Assembly (NCBI GenBank): GCA_037076615.1
Contig: AP029158.1
Location: 636,299 to 700,298 of the forward strand
Direction: 5' to 3'
Origin: Candidatus Parcubacteria bacterium
GTDB lineage: Bacteria > Patescibacteriota > Patescibacteriia > Patescibacteriales > UBA12465
Length of the DNA: 64,000 nucleotides
Part shown: one piece after another, positions 27,643-37,381 of the stretch
How positions within the stretch are numbered: position 1 is the first letter of the stretch
Layout of the letters: each line of letters begins with the position of its first letter
The notes under the pieces: generated by a model
The model's input: the letters and a program-made list of their open reading frames with translations, nothing else
Told to the model about the DNA's origin: nothing
The model's database searches: none
Made by a program: the position numbers and the translations under genes

Positions 27643-30100
27643 ATTTCAATTTTCTTAGATATTGGCCGGTATAACTTTCTTTTACTTTAGCTACCTGAGC
27701 GGGCGTCCCAGCGGCGACTACGTGTCCCCCCATCTTTCCGCCCTCAGGCCCAAGATCAATCAGCCAGTCGCAAGTTTTAATTAAATCTAGATTGTGTTCA
27801 ATAACCAAAACCGTATTCCCTTGCTCAACTAAAAGATTAAGAACTTTTAAGAGGCGATCGATATCGGCAAAATGAAGGCCGGTGGTGGGCTCGTCTAAAA
27901 TATAAAGAGTTCGACCGGTTGAACGTCTGGCTAGCTCTGTTGCGAGCTTAATTCGTTGGGCTTCACCACCAGAAAAGGTCGTCGCGGCTTGACCTAGTTT
28001 TATATAACCCAAACCAACCTGATCTAAGATTTCTAACTTATGATGCAGCGCGCTTTGGTCGCGAAAAAAAGAAAGGGCTTCTTTAACTGTTAAATTAAGA
28101 ACTTCAAAAATATTTTTTCCCTGATACTTAACGGCGAGAACTTTAGGTTTAAAGCGTTGCCCCCCACAAGCTTCGCAATTCAAATAAACATCCGCCAAAA
28201 ATTGCATCTCCACTTTTATCACCCCGTCGCCGCGACAAGCTTCACAGCGACCACCGGGAACATTAAAGGAAAAATCTCCCGCCGTTAAGCCGCGGGTTTT
28301 TGATTCCGATAAATTTGCATAGAGATCACGAACATAGCTAAAAATACCCGTATAGGTGGCGGGGTTAGACCGAGGCGTCCGCCCAATTGGAGACTGATCA
28401 ATAGCAATCACTTTATCAATATTTTCCAGGCCGATGATTTTCTTATGTTTGCCCGGGATAGCTTTGGCTCGATAAAAATGACGATTTAAAGTCTTGGCTA
28501 AAATATCATTCATTAGGGTAGATTTTCCCGAACCTGAGACTCCAGTAATCGCCACCAACTTACCCAGCGGTAAACGCACATCAATATTTTTTAAATTATG
28601 TTCGCTGGCGCCAATAATTTCTAAGAATTTACCCATCCCTAAATGATCGCGACCACGCGGTTGAATTTTTTTACGACCGGCTAAATAATCACCGGTTAAA
28701 GACTGCGGACAGTCAACAATCTCGCTAGGGGGACCGGCATAAATAATCTCGCCGCCATAATCACCCGCCCCGGGACCAATATCAATTAAGTAGTCCGCCG
28801 ACCGTATCATTTGCGCATCATGCTCAACGACAATTACGGTATTACCGTTATCCCGCAAACTCTTTAAAATTTCAATCAGTTTCTGGTTATCCCTTTCGTG
28901 CAAACCAATTGAGGGCTCGTCTAAAATATAGATGACACCACTTAGGCCCGCTCCAGCTTGAGTGGCCAGGCGTAAACGTTGCGCTTCGCCACCAGAAAGA
29001 CTGGCCGCCCCGCGCGATAAACTTAAATAGCCCAAGCCAACGTGTTGTAAAAATGTTACCTTTTTTAAGACCTCATTTAAGATTGGCTGAGTGACAGCGG
29101 TTAGGCCGGTTTTCGCCGCTAACCATTTATTAAGTACCTCAGAAAAAGAATCAAGATCTAAATCGGCTAAAGCAGCTAAATTATAATTATGGAATTTTAC
29201 GGCCAAGGCCTCAAGATTTAAACGCGCGCCCTCGCAACTGCGGCACGTAAAAGATAACATCGCTTTTTCAAGCTCCTGTTTAACAAAGTTTGATCGCGTT
29301 TCCTGATAACGTTTATTTAAGTAAGAGACGATGCCGTCAAATTTAGAATCACCATGCAATAAAGCTTTTTTTTGATCTTCTTTTAAATCTCTAATTTCCG
29401 TATCCAAGGTAAAACCCTCGCGAGCCGCCAGGGCCGCTAGATCGCGAAGTAACTCTTGCTGACGGTTAGAATTATTAAAAGATAAAACCTTAATTGCCCC
29501 TTGAGCTAAACTTAATTTTTGATTAAAGATTAAACTTTCCTCTACCAGCAATTCTGTTCCCAATCCGGTACAAGTTGGACAAGCGCCGGCGGTAGAGTTA
29601 AAAGAAAAATCGCGAGCTTCGAGCGGTAGACGGCAGTAGCCGCAAGCTAAACACTCCCAACCACCATTAACCTTGGCGGCTTCCGGACTATCTTTTTGGC
29701 ACTTAATTTTTTTTAACTTAGCACCACAATGAGGGCAATAAGGAACGCCGGCTCGAGCATAGAGTAGGCGCAGATAATCATAAATTTCCGTAATCGTGCC
29801 CACGGTTGAACGCGGGTTGTTGCCGATGGTACGCTGATCAATAGAAATCGCGGGTGATAAACCTTCAATAATATCCACCTCCGGGCGATCACTTAGATCC
29901 ATAAATTGGCGGGCGTAAGAAGACAATGATTCAACATAGCGACGCTGCCCCTCAGCATAAATCGTGTCAAAAGCCAATGAGGATTTACCGGAACCAGACA
30001 AGCCAGTAATCACGGTTAATTGATTGCGTGGAATCGTTAGGCTTAAATTTTTTAAATTGTTCGCGCGTGCCCCTTTTATTTTTATAAAATCAACCGCCAT
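27641..30100 (-). CDS. UvrA-family ABC ATPase lacking the UvrB-binding domain (class II UvrA-like)
   Basis: 819 aa; two ABC modules ([18 protein letters not shown]; LSGGEAQR and FSGGEAQR). Only about 40 aa separate CPHCG from [17 protein letters not shown], the position I recall as holding the UvrB-binding domain in canonical UvrA. Confidence 0.8.
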   Translation of the reverse strand: MAVDFIKIKGARANNLKNLSLTIPRNQLTVITGLSGSGKSSLAFDTIYAEGQRRYVESLSSYARQFMDLSDRPEVDIIEGLSPAISIDQRTIGNNPRSTVGTITEIYDYLRLLYARAGVPYCPHCGAKLKKIKCQKDSPEAAKVNGGWECLACGYCRLPLEARDFSFNSTAGACPTCTGLGTELLVEESLIFNQKLSLAQGAIKVLSFNNSNRQQELLRDLAALAAREGFTLDTEIRDLKEDQKKALLHGDSKFDGIVSYLNKRYQETRSNFVKQELEKAMLSFTCRSCEGARLNLEALAVKFHNYNLAALADLDLDSFSEVLNKWLAAKTGLTAVTQPILNEVLKKVTFLQHVGLGYLSLSRGAASLSGGEAQRLRLATQAGAGLSGVIYILDEPSIGLHERDNQKLIEILKSLRDNGNTVIVVEHDAQMIRSADYLIDIGPGAGDYGGEIIYAGPPSEIVDCPQSLTGDYLAGRKKIQPRGRDHLGMGKFLEIIGASEHNLKNIDVRLPLGKLVAITGVSGSGKSTLMNDILAKTLNRHFYRAKAIPGKHKKIIGLENIDKVIAIDQSPIGRTPRSNPATYTGIFSYVRDLYANLSESKTRGLTAGDFSFNVPGGRCEACRGDGVIKVEMQFLADVYLNCEACGGQRFKPKVLAVKYQGKNIFEVLNLTVKEALSFFRDQSALHHKLEILDQVGLGYIKLGQAATTFSGGEAQRIKLATELARRSTGRTLYILDEPTTGLHFADIDRLLKVLNLLVEQGNTVLVIEHNLDLIKTCDWLIDLGPEGGKMGGHVVAAGTPAQVAKVKESYTGQYLRKLK

Positions 30101-30213
30101 AAAGTCGAAATTTAGAAAATTATTAGCCTACATTATAAAGATTATTAGCCAATAAATCAAGAGCGGGCCAATTAAAAAACGGCCCGGAGGCCGTCGCAAC
30201 TGAATCTTTCCTC

Positions 30214-31251
30214 TTAAAAAAGTGGTTCTAAAAACTTAATTATGGCCAACAACAAGCGATCAGACCATTTTATTTTTCTCTTCTTCTCTTTAAGTGGGGT
30301 GCTGGTCTTTTTCCAATTATCAAAAATTCTGAGCAGATTTCGGACCGCCTCTTGTTGAGAAAAGAAAATACCGACTTCAAAATTTACGCCAAAAGACAAA
30401 ATATCTAAATTTTGCGAACCGACCACGGCCTCCCTATCATCAATAATCATTATTTTAGAATGATTCATCACGGGAAGAAAATAACAGCGGGCACCGAGAG
30501 CGCTTAGTCGCCCCGCATTTAAATAATTAACCCTATTTAAGGAGCGGTGATCAGTATTTTTTGGCATTAAAATTTCCACCCGCACGCCCCGCCTTAGGGC
30601 GCCATCAATAAGAGCCATTAACCAACGTGGGGGGGCTAAATAAGGAGAAGTCATCTTAACACTTTTCTGAGCGTTAACGATTTTCTCTCGGTAATAACTA
30701 TCCAGATAATAGGCCTTACGCGAACGTGGCCAATTATCAACTACCCACGCCTTAATTTTTCTTGATAAAGCCTGTTCTGAATAGGCTAAAATTTGCAGAT
30801 TCTTGCCACCAGAAATTTTGTAAGTATAAGCAAAGCTTTTTATAATCGGTTTCACCACCGCCCCCGAAACCCGCATTGTTAAATCATTCCACTGCTGAGT
30901 ATTTTTCTTGATATTCGCCCCGCCAATAAAGGCTAATTTTTTATCAATAACCAATATTTTTCGGTGACTGCGATAAAGAAGGTGGCTAAAAAAATGTAAG
31001 TCGACGCCGGCTGTTTTCAGTCTTTTGATCGCCTCTTTTGATAAACTATAACTGCCAAAAGCATCTAAAACCAAAGCGACGGAAACACCCGCCTCGGCTT
31101 TAGTAACCAATAAGCCCACAAAGTCATGAGTCTCGCTGGTGTCTTCTAAAAAAATATACATTTCTAAAAAAACAGACTCCCGCGCCTGACTAATGGCTTG
31201 GTACATACCTGACCAAACGCTGCTAGATTTTGTATAAAAGCGATAAGACAT
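30214..31251 (-). CDS. phospholipase D / cardiolipin synthase-like protein (two HKD motifs)
   Basis: HRKILVIDKKLAFIGGANI and HSKIMIIDDREAVVGSQNL. Confidence 0.85.
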   Translation of the reverse strand: MSYRFYTKSSSVWSGMYQAISQARESVFLEMYIFLEDTSETHDFVGLLVTKAEAGVSVALVLDAFGSYSLSKEAIKRLKTAGVDLHFFSHLLYRSHRKILVIDKKLAFIGGANIKKNTQQWNDLTMRVSGAVVKPIIKSFAYTYKISGGKNLQILAYSEQALSRKIKAWVVDNWPRSRKAYYLDSYYREKIVNAQKSVKMTSPYLAPPRWLMALIDGALRRGVRVEILMPKNTDHRSLNRVNYLNAGRLSALGARCYFLPVMNHSKIMIIDDREAVVGSQNLDILSFGVNFEVGIFFSQQEAVRNLLRIFDNWKKTSTPLKEKKRKIKWSDRLLLAIIKFLEPLF

Positions 31252-32063
31252 TAGGTAGCTAAAAGACGTTTAAGTTTAGGAAGTTGTTTTTTTGTTTCTT
31301 GGTACCCGATAGCAACCATCTCTGCCAGGTTTTTTTCGGTAAGCAGCTGGCTGGGTTTTTTATCAACATAAGCGGAGAGATCGGGGCTAATTATTAAATT
31401 CGCGCTTTGAATTGAATGCTTAGCTAGATGGTAAAGAGCAATCCGCGAGCTGCGCAGGGCGGCTTTAACTAAATTAAATTCTTCGTTAACAAACTCATGG
31501 CGATGATATAAATTAACGGCAATAATAATTTCGGCGCCGGCCTCTTTAAGAGTTTTAACCGGCACCGGATCGCTTAAGCCGCCGTCAACAAAATAACGAT
31601 TTTTTAATTTCAGCGGTTCAAAAATTAAAGGCACGGAACAGCTGGCACAAACCGCACTTGCTAAAGAACCGCTTTTAATGATTTTGCCGGCGCCACCGCT
31701 TAAATCCGTTACCGCAACCCGCAAAGGGATTTTAGTGCTGGTAAAAGTTTGGGCCTCAAAAATTTCTTTCAAAATATTTTCTAAGGTCTCACCCTTAATC
31801 AGTCCTGGCGATAGGCGTAAATCAGACAAGCCAATTCTTTTTAAAGATCGTGCCCGCTCCAGCAAGTATTCCGTGGTCGCGGCTGCCTCTAAAGACAGCG
31901 CATAACAAGCCGCCACCAAAGAACCAATTGAGGCCCCACTAATAAGATCTATTTTTATTCCTGTTTCCTCTAAGGCTTGTAAGACCCCTAAAAGGGCAAA
32001 GCCGCGCTGGCCGCCGCCACCTAAAGCGAGGCCGATTTTTTTAGGATTATTTTTTGTTTTCAT
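31251..32063 (-). CDS. patatin-like phospholipase
   Basis: GLALGGGGQRG oxyanion motif, GASIGS nucleophile elbow, DGG near the C-terminus. Confidence 0.85.
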   Translation of the reverse strand: MKTKNNPKKIGLALGGGGQRGFALLGVLQALEETGIKIDLISGASIGSLVAACYALSLEAAATTEYLLERARSLKRIGLSDLRLSPGLIKGETLENILKEIFEAQTFTSTKIPLRVAVTDLSGGAGKIIKSGSLASAVCASCSVPLIFEPLKLKNRYFVDGGLSDPVPVKTLKEAGAEIIIAVNLYHRHEFVNEEFNLVKAALRSSRIALYHLAKHSIQSANLIISPDLSAYVDKKPSQLLTEKNLAEMVAIGYQETKKQLPKLKRLLAT

Positions 32064-32095
32064 AATTTAATTATATCTTAGGCTGGAGAGAAAAA

Positions 32096-32127
32096 CAAAA
32101 AGAGTGCACCATGGTACACTCTTTTTT
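32096..32127 (-). terminator. terminator/attenuator-like hairpin immediately upstream of the patatin gene
   Basis: Minus strand AGAGTGTAC-CATG-GTGCACTCT followed by TTTTTGTTTTT; ends about 35 nt before the patatin ATG. Confidence 0.5.
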
Positions 32128-32129
32128 AT

Positions 32130-32146
32130 GTAGTCCCTAGGGGAAT
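32130..32146. repeat. 17-nt exact copy of the tRNA-Glu 3' end (left copy)
   Basis: GTAGTCCCTAGGGGAAT is identical to 32347-32363, which overlaps the genuine tRNA-Glu 3' end. Confidence 0.9.
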
Positions 32147-32308
32147 TATCGCGCTCGCTTTTCTTCCGAAAAGCTCACTTGTCCAGAGTTGGCGTTCAAT
32201 ATGCCCCCGGCATATTGTCCGACATTCGTCTGCATCCTCGCCGCTCGAAATAGCGGCTCGGATTTGACTCATTTCCAACCTGTTCGATTCCCGCGGCTAA
32301 CGCCGTCT

Positions 32309-32345
32309 AAACAAAACAACACCTCAGAGAGGTGTTGTTTTGTTT
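32309..32345 (-). terminator. long perfect hairpin directly 3' of tRNA-Glu
   Basis: AAACAAAACAACACCTC-AGAG-AGGTGTTGTTTTGTTT (stem of about 16-17 bp). Confidence 0.6.
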
Positions 32346-32347
32346 AG

Positions 32348-32419
32348 TAGTCCCTAGGGGAATCGAACCCCTGTTACCAGGATGAAAACCTGGTGTCCTA
32401 ACCACTAGACGAAGGGACC
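32348..32419 (-). tRNA. tRNA-Glu (anticodon UUC)
   Basis: Minus strand GGTCCCTTCGTCTAGTGGTTAGGAC..., anticodon stem CCAGG/CCTGG, loop TTTTCAT, T arm AGGGG-TTCGATT-CCCCT. Confidence 0.88.
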
Positions 32420-32549
32420 AAATTTTTTAGACAAAAAAGCGCTGAAGACGGCGCAAAATTCAATTTCAATTTTACCTACAAAGATTTTTAATGTCAAGAA
32501 AGACTGGACGAAATTTGGCCTTTAGGCTAGAATCACTTAAAATATATTT

Positions 32550-33581
32550 ATGAAAATACTAGGCATTGAAAGTAGTTGTGACGAAACGGCCGCTTCAGTT
32601 GTGGAAGTTGATGAAATTAGCGGTGGCAACAAAACCTTAAGTAATGTTATTTCTTCACAAATTGCTATCCATAAAAAATATGGTGGCGTCATACCTGAGG
32701 TCGCGGCGCGCGAGCATGTTTTAAATATCTTGCCGGTCATTACTGAGGCTTTAGAGACTGCCAAAGTGAACCCCGAGGAACTTGATTTATTAGGAGTCAC
32801 TTCCGGCCCCGGCCTAATAACTTCCCTAATTTCTGGAGTAGAGACCGCCCGGGCCTTAGCCGCGGTTTGGCAAAAACCCTTAGTTGGCGTTAACCACATT
32901 GCCGGCCATATTTATTCCGGCTTCCTCGACCAAAATACCTCACCCCAATTTCCGGTGATTATTTTAACTGTTTCCGGGGGACATACTAATTTAGTCTTAA
33001 TGAAAGACTGGGAAGATTTTGAAGTGATTGGCGAAACCTTAGACGATGCGGCCGGCGAAGCCTTTGATAAAGGGGCAAAAATGCTGGGGCTCGGCTATCC
33101 TGGCGGGCCAGCGATAGGAAAGGCGGCCGCCGATTTTAGCGCTCGCGGCCAAGGTACCAATCTAAAATTTCCTCGCCCTTTACTAGGCAAAGGTTTTAAC
33201 TTTTCTTTTTCTGGCTTAAAAACGGCGCTTCTTTATAAATTACAAAAAGATCCCACCTGGTCTAAAAGAGTTTCGGAATATGCCTTTGCTTACCAAGAGG
33301 CAATTATTGATGTTTTAGTGGCTAAGGCATTAGCGGCGGTAAAAAAATACCAACCGCGGGCTGTTACTCTTTCTGGAGGTGTTAGTGCCAACGCTCGCTT
33401 ACGCGAAGTTTTAAAAAATAAACTTACTGAGCATCACTCCGACTTAACTTTAAGAATCCCGGATTTTGCTTACACCACTGACAACGCGGCGATGATTGCC
33501 TTGGCTGCCTACTATGCCAACCGGGCGGGAGCACCTAGCGCTTGGCAAAATTTAAAAGTTAAGGTAAACTTCTCCTTATAG
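32550..33581 (+). CDS. tsaD: tRNA N6-adenosine threonylcarbamoyltransferase TsaD (Kae1/Qri7 family)
   Basis: MKILGIESSCDETAA N-terminus, GVNHIAGH metal-binding motif, SGGVSAN. Confidence 0.93.
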   Translation: MKILGIESSCDETAASVVEVDEISGGNKTLSNVISSQIAIHKKYGGVIPEVAAREHVLNILPVITEALETAKVNPEELDLLGVTSGPGLITSLISGVETARALAAVWQKPLVGVNHIAGHIYSGFLDQNTSPQFPVIILTVSGGHTNLVLMKDWEDFEVIGETLDDAAGEAFDKGAKMLGLGYPGGPAIGKAAADFSARGQGTNLKFPRPLLGKGFNFSFSGLKTALLYKLQKDPTWSKRVSEYAFAYQEAIIDVLVAKALAAVKKYQPRAVTLSGGVSANARLREVLKNKLTEHHSDLTLRIPDFAYTTDNAAMIALAAYYANRAGAPSAWQNLKVKVNFSL

Positions 33582-33586
33582 CTTCG

Positions 33587-33660
33587 GGTTCGGTGGTGAA
33601 GCGGTCTAACACAGCAGTTTGCAAAACTGCCATTCGTGGGTTCAAATCCCACCCGAACCT
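33587..33660 (+). tRNA. tRNA-Cys (anticodon GCA)
   Basis: Acceptor GGTTCGG/CCGAACC, anticodon stem GCAGT/ACTGC, loop TTGCAAA, discriminator U73. Confidence 0.88.
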
Positions 33661-33671
33661 CAAGAAGCGAA

Positions 33672-33705
33672 AAACGACTCAAACGGAATCTTGGGTCGTT
33701 TTTTA
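33672..33705 (+). terminator. terminator after tRNA-Cys
   Basis: Stem ACGACTCAA/TTGGGTCGT followed by TTTTTT. Confidence 0.65.
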
Positions 33706-34280
33706 TTTTATAAAATTAAAAAAACTAAGACTTTTTATTTTAATCGAAACTGTGGATAAGTTGTGATTTTCCAGGTGAAGGAATTAAGTTAAGTCCACTC
33801 TGTAGTGGACTTTAGACTGGGGAAAGGGACTTTTTTATCCCCTTGTCAAATAAAAATATTTATTTAATATTAGTTAAAAATTATCGTTTTTGCCCAAGTT
33901 TTCAACATTTTGCGCTTGAGACTTGCCACTAGTTTTGAAAAATGTTAGAATATACACATAAATAGTTCTTTAATTTATTTACTGTAACCCGTTATCTTAT
34001 CAGCGTCAGAATGATAAACGCTTATAGAGCCAGTCTATTCAATAAAGATTCGATCAATTTCTACGATTAAATGTTTATTAAATCACTGGCTAAGTTACGG
34101 TCAATAAAAAGTTTCTTAATCTGACCAGAAACAAAAAACCGCTAAGCAATTTAGCGCCAAAATAACAATCAGAGGCTCCCGACCACGAAATCATTTTATG
34201 CCCAACGCATAACCGGTCTTAAGAGCCTCTTTTTATTTTTACTAAAATCTGCTTAAATAGAATTTAATAGTTTTTAGTTT

Positions 34281-35348
34281 ATGTCTTTATCAATTGGCAT
34301 TGTCGGTTTGCCTAATGTTGGCAAATCATCCTTATTTAATTTATTAACCCAGAAGGGCGTAGAAGCGGCCAACTACCCTTTTTGCACGATTGATCCGAAT
34401 GTCGGTATTGTCAAGGTGCCTGATGAGCGTTTAGAAAAATTAGCCGCCATTTCCCAACCTAAACAAATAATTCCCACGGTTATTGAGTTTGTTGATATTG
34501 CCGGCTTGGTAGCGGGTGCCAGTCAAGGTGAAGGATTGGGTAATAAATTCCTCGCCCATATCAGGGAATGTGATGCTATCTGCGAAGTAATTCGGGATTT
34601 TAAAGATGAGAATATTATTCATGTCGCCAATAAAATAGACCCCGAAAGCGACAAAGAAACAATTAACCTAGAATTAATTTTGGCCGACTTAGCCACCGTT
34701 GAGAAGCGTTTAACTGCACTTAAAAGAGAAAGTCGTAGCGGCGACAAAGAAATTGTTGCTCAAGTGGCCACCTTAGAGAGGATTTTTGAACATTTAAGCG
34801 CTAGCCGCGCGGTGCGCGAGCTGGAATTTAGCGACGCTGAGGCCCCCTTTGTTAAATCTCTATGCTTATTGAGCGCTAAACCAATTATTTATTTATTAAA
34901 TATTGATGATGCTTACAGTGGTGAAGCCCGCCTCAAAGGAACTAATGAGCAAATTTTAAGCATCAATATCAAAACGGAAGAAGAAATTGCGGCTCTTCCG
35001 GCCGCCGAGCAGGCCGAATTCATTGAGGAGTTAGGTTTAGAGAGGAGCGGTCTGGATCGTTTAATTGCGGCCGCTTATAAACTTCTGGGCTTAGAAACCT
35101 TCTTTACCACTGGTCCAGACGAAACTAGAGCCTGGACAATTAAGAGCGGCACCAAGGCTCCGGACGCAGCCGGCGTTATTCATACCGATTTTATTAAGGG
35201 GTTTATCCGCGCGGAGGTTATCCAGTGGGATAAATTTATTGCCAGCGGTGGCGAAGTAAAAGCTCGTGAAGCTGGACTGATCCGCACTGAAGGTAAGGAT
35301 TACGTAGTAAAAGACGGTGATGTTTGTAATTTCTTAATCAATCGTTAA
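34281..35348 (+). CDS. ychF: ribosome-binding ATPase YchF (Obg-like)
   Basis: MSLSIGIVGLPNVGKSSLFN, DIAGLV, C-terminal TGS-like region ...GKDYVVKDGDV. Confidence 0.93.
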   Translation: MSLSIGIVGLPNVGKSSLFNLLTQKGVEAANYPFCTIDPNVGIVKVPDERLEKLAAISQPKQIIPTVIEFVDIAGLVAGASQGEGLGNKFLAHIRECDAICEVIRDFKDENIIHVANKIDPESDKETINLELILADLATVEKRLTALKRESRSGDKEIVAQVATLERIFEHLSASRAVRELEFSDAEAPFVKSLCLLSAKPIIYLLNIDDAYSGEARLKGTNEQILSINIKTEEEIAALPAAEQAEFIEELGLERSGLDRLIAAAYKLLGLETFFTTGPDETRAWTIKSGTKAPDAAGVIHTDFIKGFIRAEVIQWDKFIASGGEVKAREAGLIRTEGKDYVVKDGDVCNFLINR

Positions 35349-35365
35349 CTTTTTAAACAAAGCCA

Positions 35366-35391
35366 AAGCCCTGCTCCGCGGGGCTTTTTTT
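35366..35391. terminator. terminator between convergent ychF and the methyltransferase gene
   Basis: AAGCCC-TGCTCCGCG-GGGCTT followed by a T-run. Confidence 0.6.
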
Positions 35392-35399
35392 GAATTTAG

Positions 35400-36581
35400 T
35401 TATTTCTTCTCCAAAACAACAATTTCTCGGAAGACTTTTTGTCCGGCTCGACCATAAATCACGGTTCCGCGCGAGGTTAATTTTATTTCCGGCCATTTTT
35501 GCCAATCTTCTGGTAAAAAATTAACAATTTTAAAAGCGCCATAATTCGGTTTTAAGAGTTGATTGCCAAAAAAGCTGGGCCAAACCATAACTATTCTGCC
35601 CTGAGGGGTAATAATCTTGGAAAATTCCGCTAAACTAGCCGTATATAAAGCCTCTAAATCTCCTTTTACCGCCCTTAGATCATGCCGGCCGCGCTGAGGC
35701 CCAAGATAAGGCTCGCTTACAATTGTCGCTATCTCTTTTGGTTTAAAAGATTCACTTAACCGGGTGGCATTTTTTAGAAAAACCCGGACCATCCTTTTTT
35801 CCAAATGATATTTTTCTTTAATCCAAGCTAAATTCTCTTTAGTGTCAGAAATTGCCTTAGGGGAAATGTCGGTACCAATAACCTCTTTTGCTCCTAAAAG
35901 TAGAGCTTCTTGTAAAATTGTTCCGGAGCCACAAAAAGGATCAAGAACTGGGCCACTATTTTCATTGACACCCGCTAAATTAAGCATGATTTGGGCTAGC
36001 TTTGGCGGTAACATCCCGGAAGCGTCATCGCGTGCCGGACGACCATAATCTCTTTTTGATAAGTCTTTAAAAGCCTGAACCGCCAAAGTCTGACCAACAA
36101 ACAGCTTTCCCCCATCGGAGGCCAGTACCAATTCACAACCTTTTGTTAATAATTTATTCTGCTCAACAACCACACTGGATAAATTAGGTTCTTTACTAGT
36201 TACCAGTCGAGAGCTAATCCCCTCAGCCTTCAACTTTTTCTTTAATTCCAGGCCCCATGGCAGAAGTGGTAATTTATGCGGACCATAACTAGAGAGACCA
36301 AAATTAAATTTCCCAGTTAAATCTGGGCTCTGGCTCGCTTTTTTTAAAATATTAAATAAGGCCGGCTGAGAACCTTGTTGCGGTGGTAAGATTTTCTTAA
36401 TTACCCCAATCTTAATGACGCCTCCTAATTTTTTAATCAGCGTCGTGGGCTGGAGCTCGTGCTCACTCTCCCAAAGCAAAAAATCCTTGCCCAAAATTTG
36501 GGCTTGATGGTCAGGTAAAATGGCCGCCAACTCCATTGAAGAGAGGGTGGGGTTATTTCCTAAAATGAAAAAATAAGTCAT
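35400..36581 (-). CDS. SAM-dependent RNA (Trm11/RlmL-like, UPF0020) methyltransferase
   Basis: VLDPFCGSGTILQEA (motif I), SEPYLGP (motif IV-like), N-terminal THUMP-like region. Confidence 0.7.
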   Translation of the reverse strand: MTYFFILGNNPTLSSMELAAILPDHQAQILGKDFLLWESEHELQPTTLIKKLGGVIKIGVIKKILPPQQGSQPALFNILKKASQSPDLTGKFNFGLSSYGPHKLPLLPWGLELKKKLKAEGISSRLVTSKEPNLSSVVVEQNKLLTKGCELVLASDGGKLFVGQTLAVQAFKDLSKRDYGRPARDDASGMLPPKLAQIMLNLAGVNENSGPVLDPFCGSGTILQEALLLGAKEVIGTDISPKAISDTKENLAWIKEKYHLEKRMVRVFLKNATRLSESFKPKEIATIVSEPYLGPQRGRHDLRAVKGDLEALYTASLAEFSKIITPQGRIVMVWPSFFGNQLLKPNYGAFKIVNFLPEDWQKWPEIKLTSRGTVIYGRAGQKVFREIVVLEKK

Positions 36582-36612
36582 ATCCTGCTAGCTTACCGCA
36601 AGCTTTTAACTA

Positions 36613-36641
36613 TTGCAATTATTTAGTATCCATGTTAGATT
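36613..36641 (+). promoter_or_regulatory. sigma70-like promoter for the rpsF-ssb-rpsR operon
   Basis: TTGCAA (36613-36618), 17-nt spacer, TAGATT (36636-36641); implies a leader of about 175 nt. Confidence 0.45.
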
Positions 36642-36823
36642 AAGCGGGTAAATAAAAATGAATAGTAATATCTTTTCCATGGTTCCTTTATAGGAGTCGG
36701 CTTTCCGGCATTAGCGACAGGAAGGCCAAAGGTGTTCTAGGAAACCTCTCGGCTTTTTTAGGATACCGGGAGGATTTTTTTAACCGAGCACCCCTTCATC
36801 AAAAAGGCGCTCCTAAACAAATT

Positions 36824-37330
36824 ATGTCAAAAACTAAAGCGTCGGGTTTAACCCGTTACGAAATCATGTTCATTGTTCCTAATAAGTACACTGAAGTGGA
36901 AGCAAAAACCATTATTGGTCAGGTGGAAAAAATGATTATGGATAATGATGGCCAAATTGTCTCCGGTGAATATTGGGGCAAGAAAAAAATGGCTTACGAG
37001 ATCAAACACAATTCTTATGGTTACTATCAGCTCTACCAGTTTGATTTCCCTAATGCTAACTTAAGCAAGTTAAACAATGACTTGCGTCTCTCCACCGAAA
37101 TTTTACGCCACCAAATTTTAAAGATTAAAATAAAAAGTGAAGAGCAGTTAGCTAAGGAGCAAGCGGCTCGCGATCGTTTAACTGCTAAAGAGGAAGAAGC
37201 AAAAGTCGCCGCCGCTAAATCCGCAAAAAAAACTACTCCTCACAAAAAGAAAGATGAGGACAAGGCGGAGCTGAAAGATTTAGACAAAAAACTAGACGGT
37301 ATTATTGAAGACGCCAAAGGTTTAGTGTAA
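36824..37330 (+). CDS. rpsF: 30S ribosomal protein S6 with Lys/Glu/Ala-rich C-terminal extension
   Basis: YEIMFIV...EYWGKKKMAYEI core; conserved rpsF-ssb-rpsR order. Confidence 0.9.
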   Translation: MSKTKASGLTRYEIMFIVPNKYTEVEAKTIIGQVEKMIMDNDGQIVSGEYWGKKKMAYEIKHNSYGYYQLYQFDFPNANLSKLNNDLRLSTEILRHQILKIKIKSEEQLAKEQAARDRLTAKEEEAKVAAAKSAKKTTPHKKKDEDKAELKDLDKKLDGIIEDAKGLV

Positions 37331-37381
37331 AGACTGTAAATAATATTAATTAAAGCGACCCCCTGCTCGCTTACTAAAAAT

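Noticed and set aside
32147-32308. Structured segment considered as tmRNA or SRP RNA
   Set aside because: No tRNA-like acceptor/T-arm pairing and no plausible tag reading frame ending in a hydrophobic tail were found for tmRNA. There is a GGAA tetraloop on the minus strand, but the flanking symmetric-loop consensus (AGCA / GGUCAGG) of SRP domain IV is absent.
33751-33759. Perfect DnaA box (TTATCCACA on the minus strand) suggesting oriC
   Set aside because: There is only one perfect box plus weak 7-of-9 relatives. No dnaA or dnaN is adjacent. A perfect 9-mer is expected by chance roughly once every 130 kb when both strands are counted. It is kept only as a detail of the long intergenic finding.
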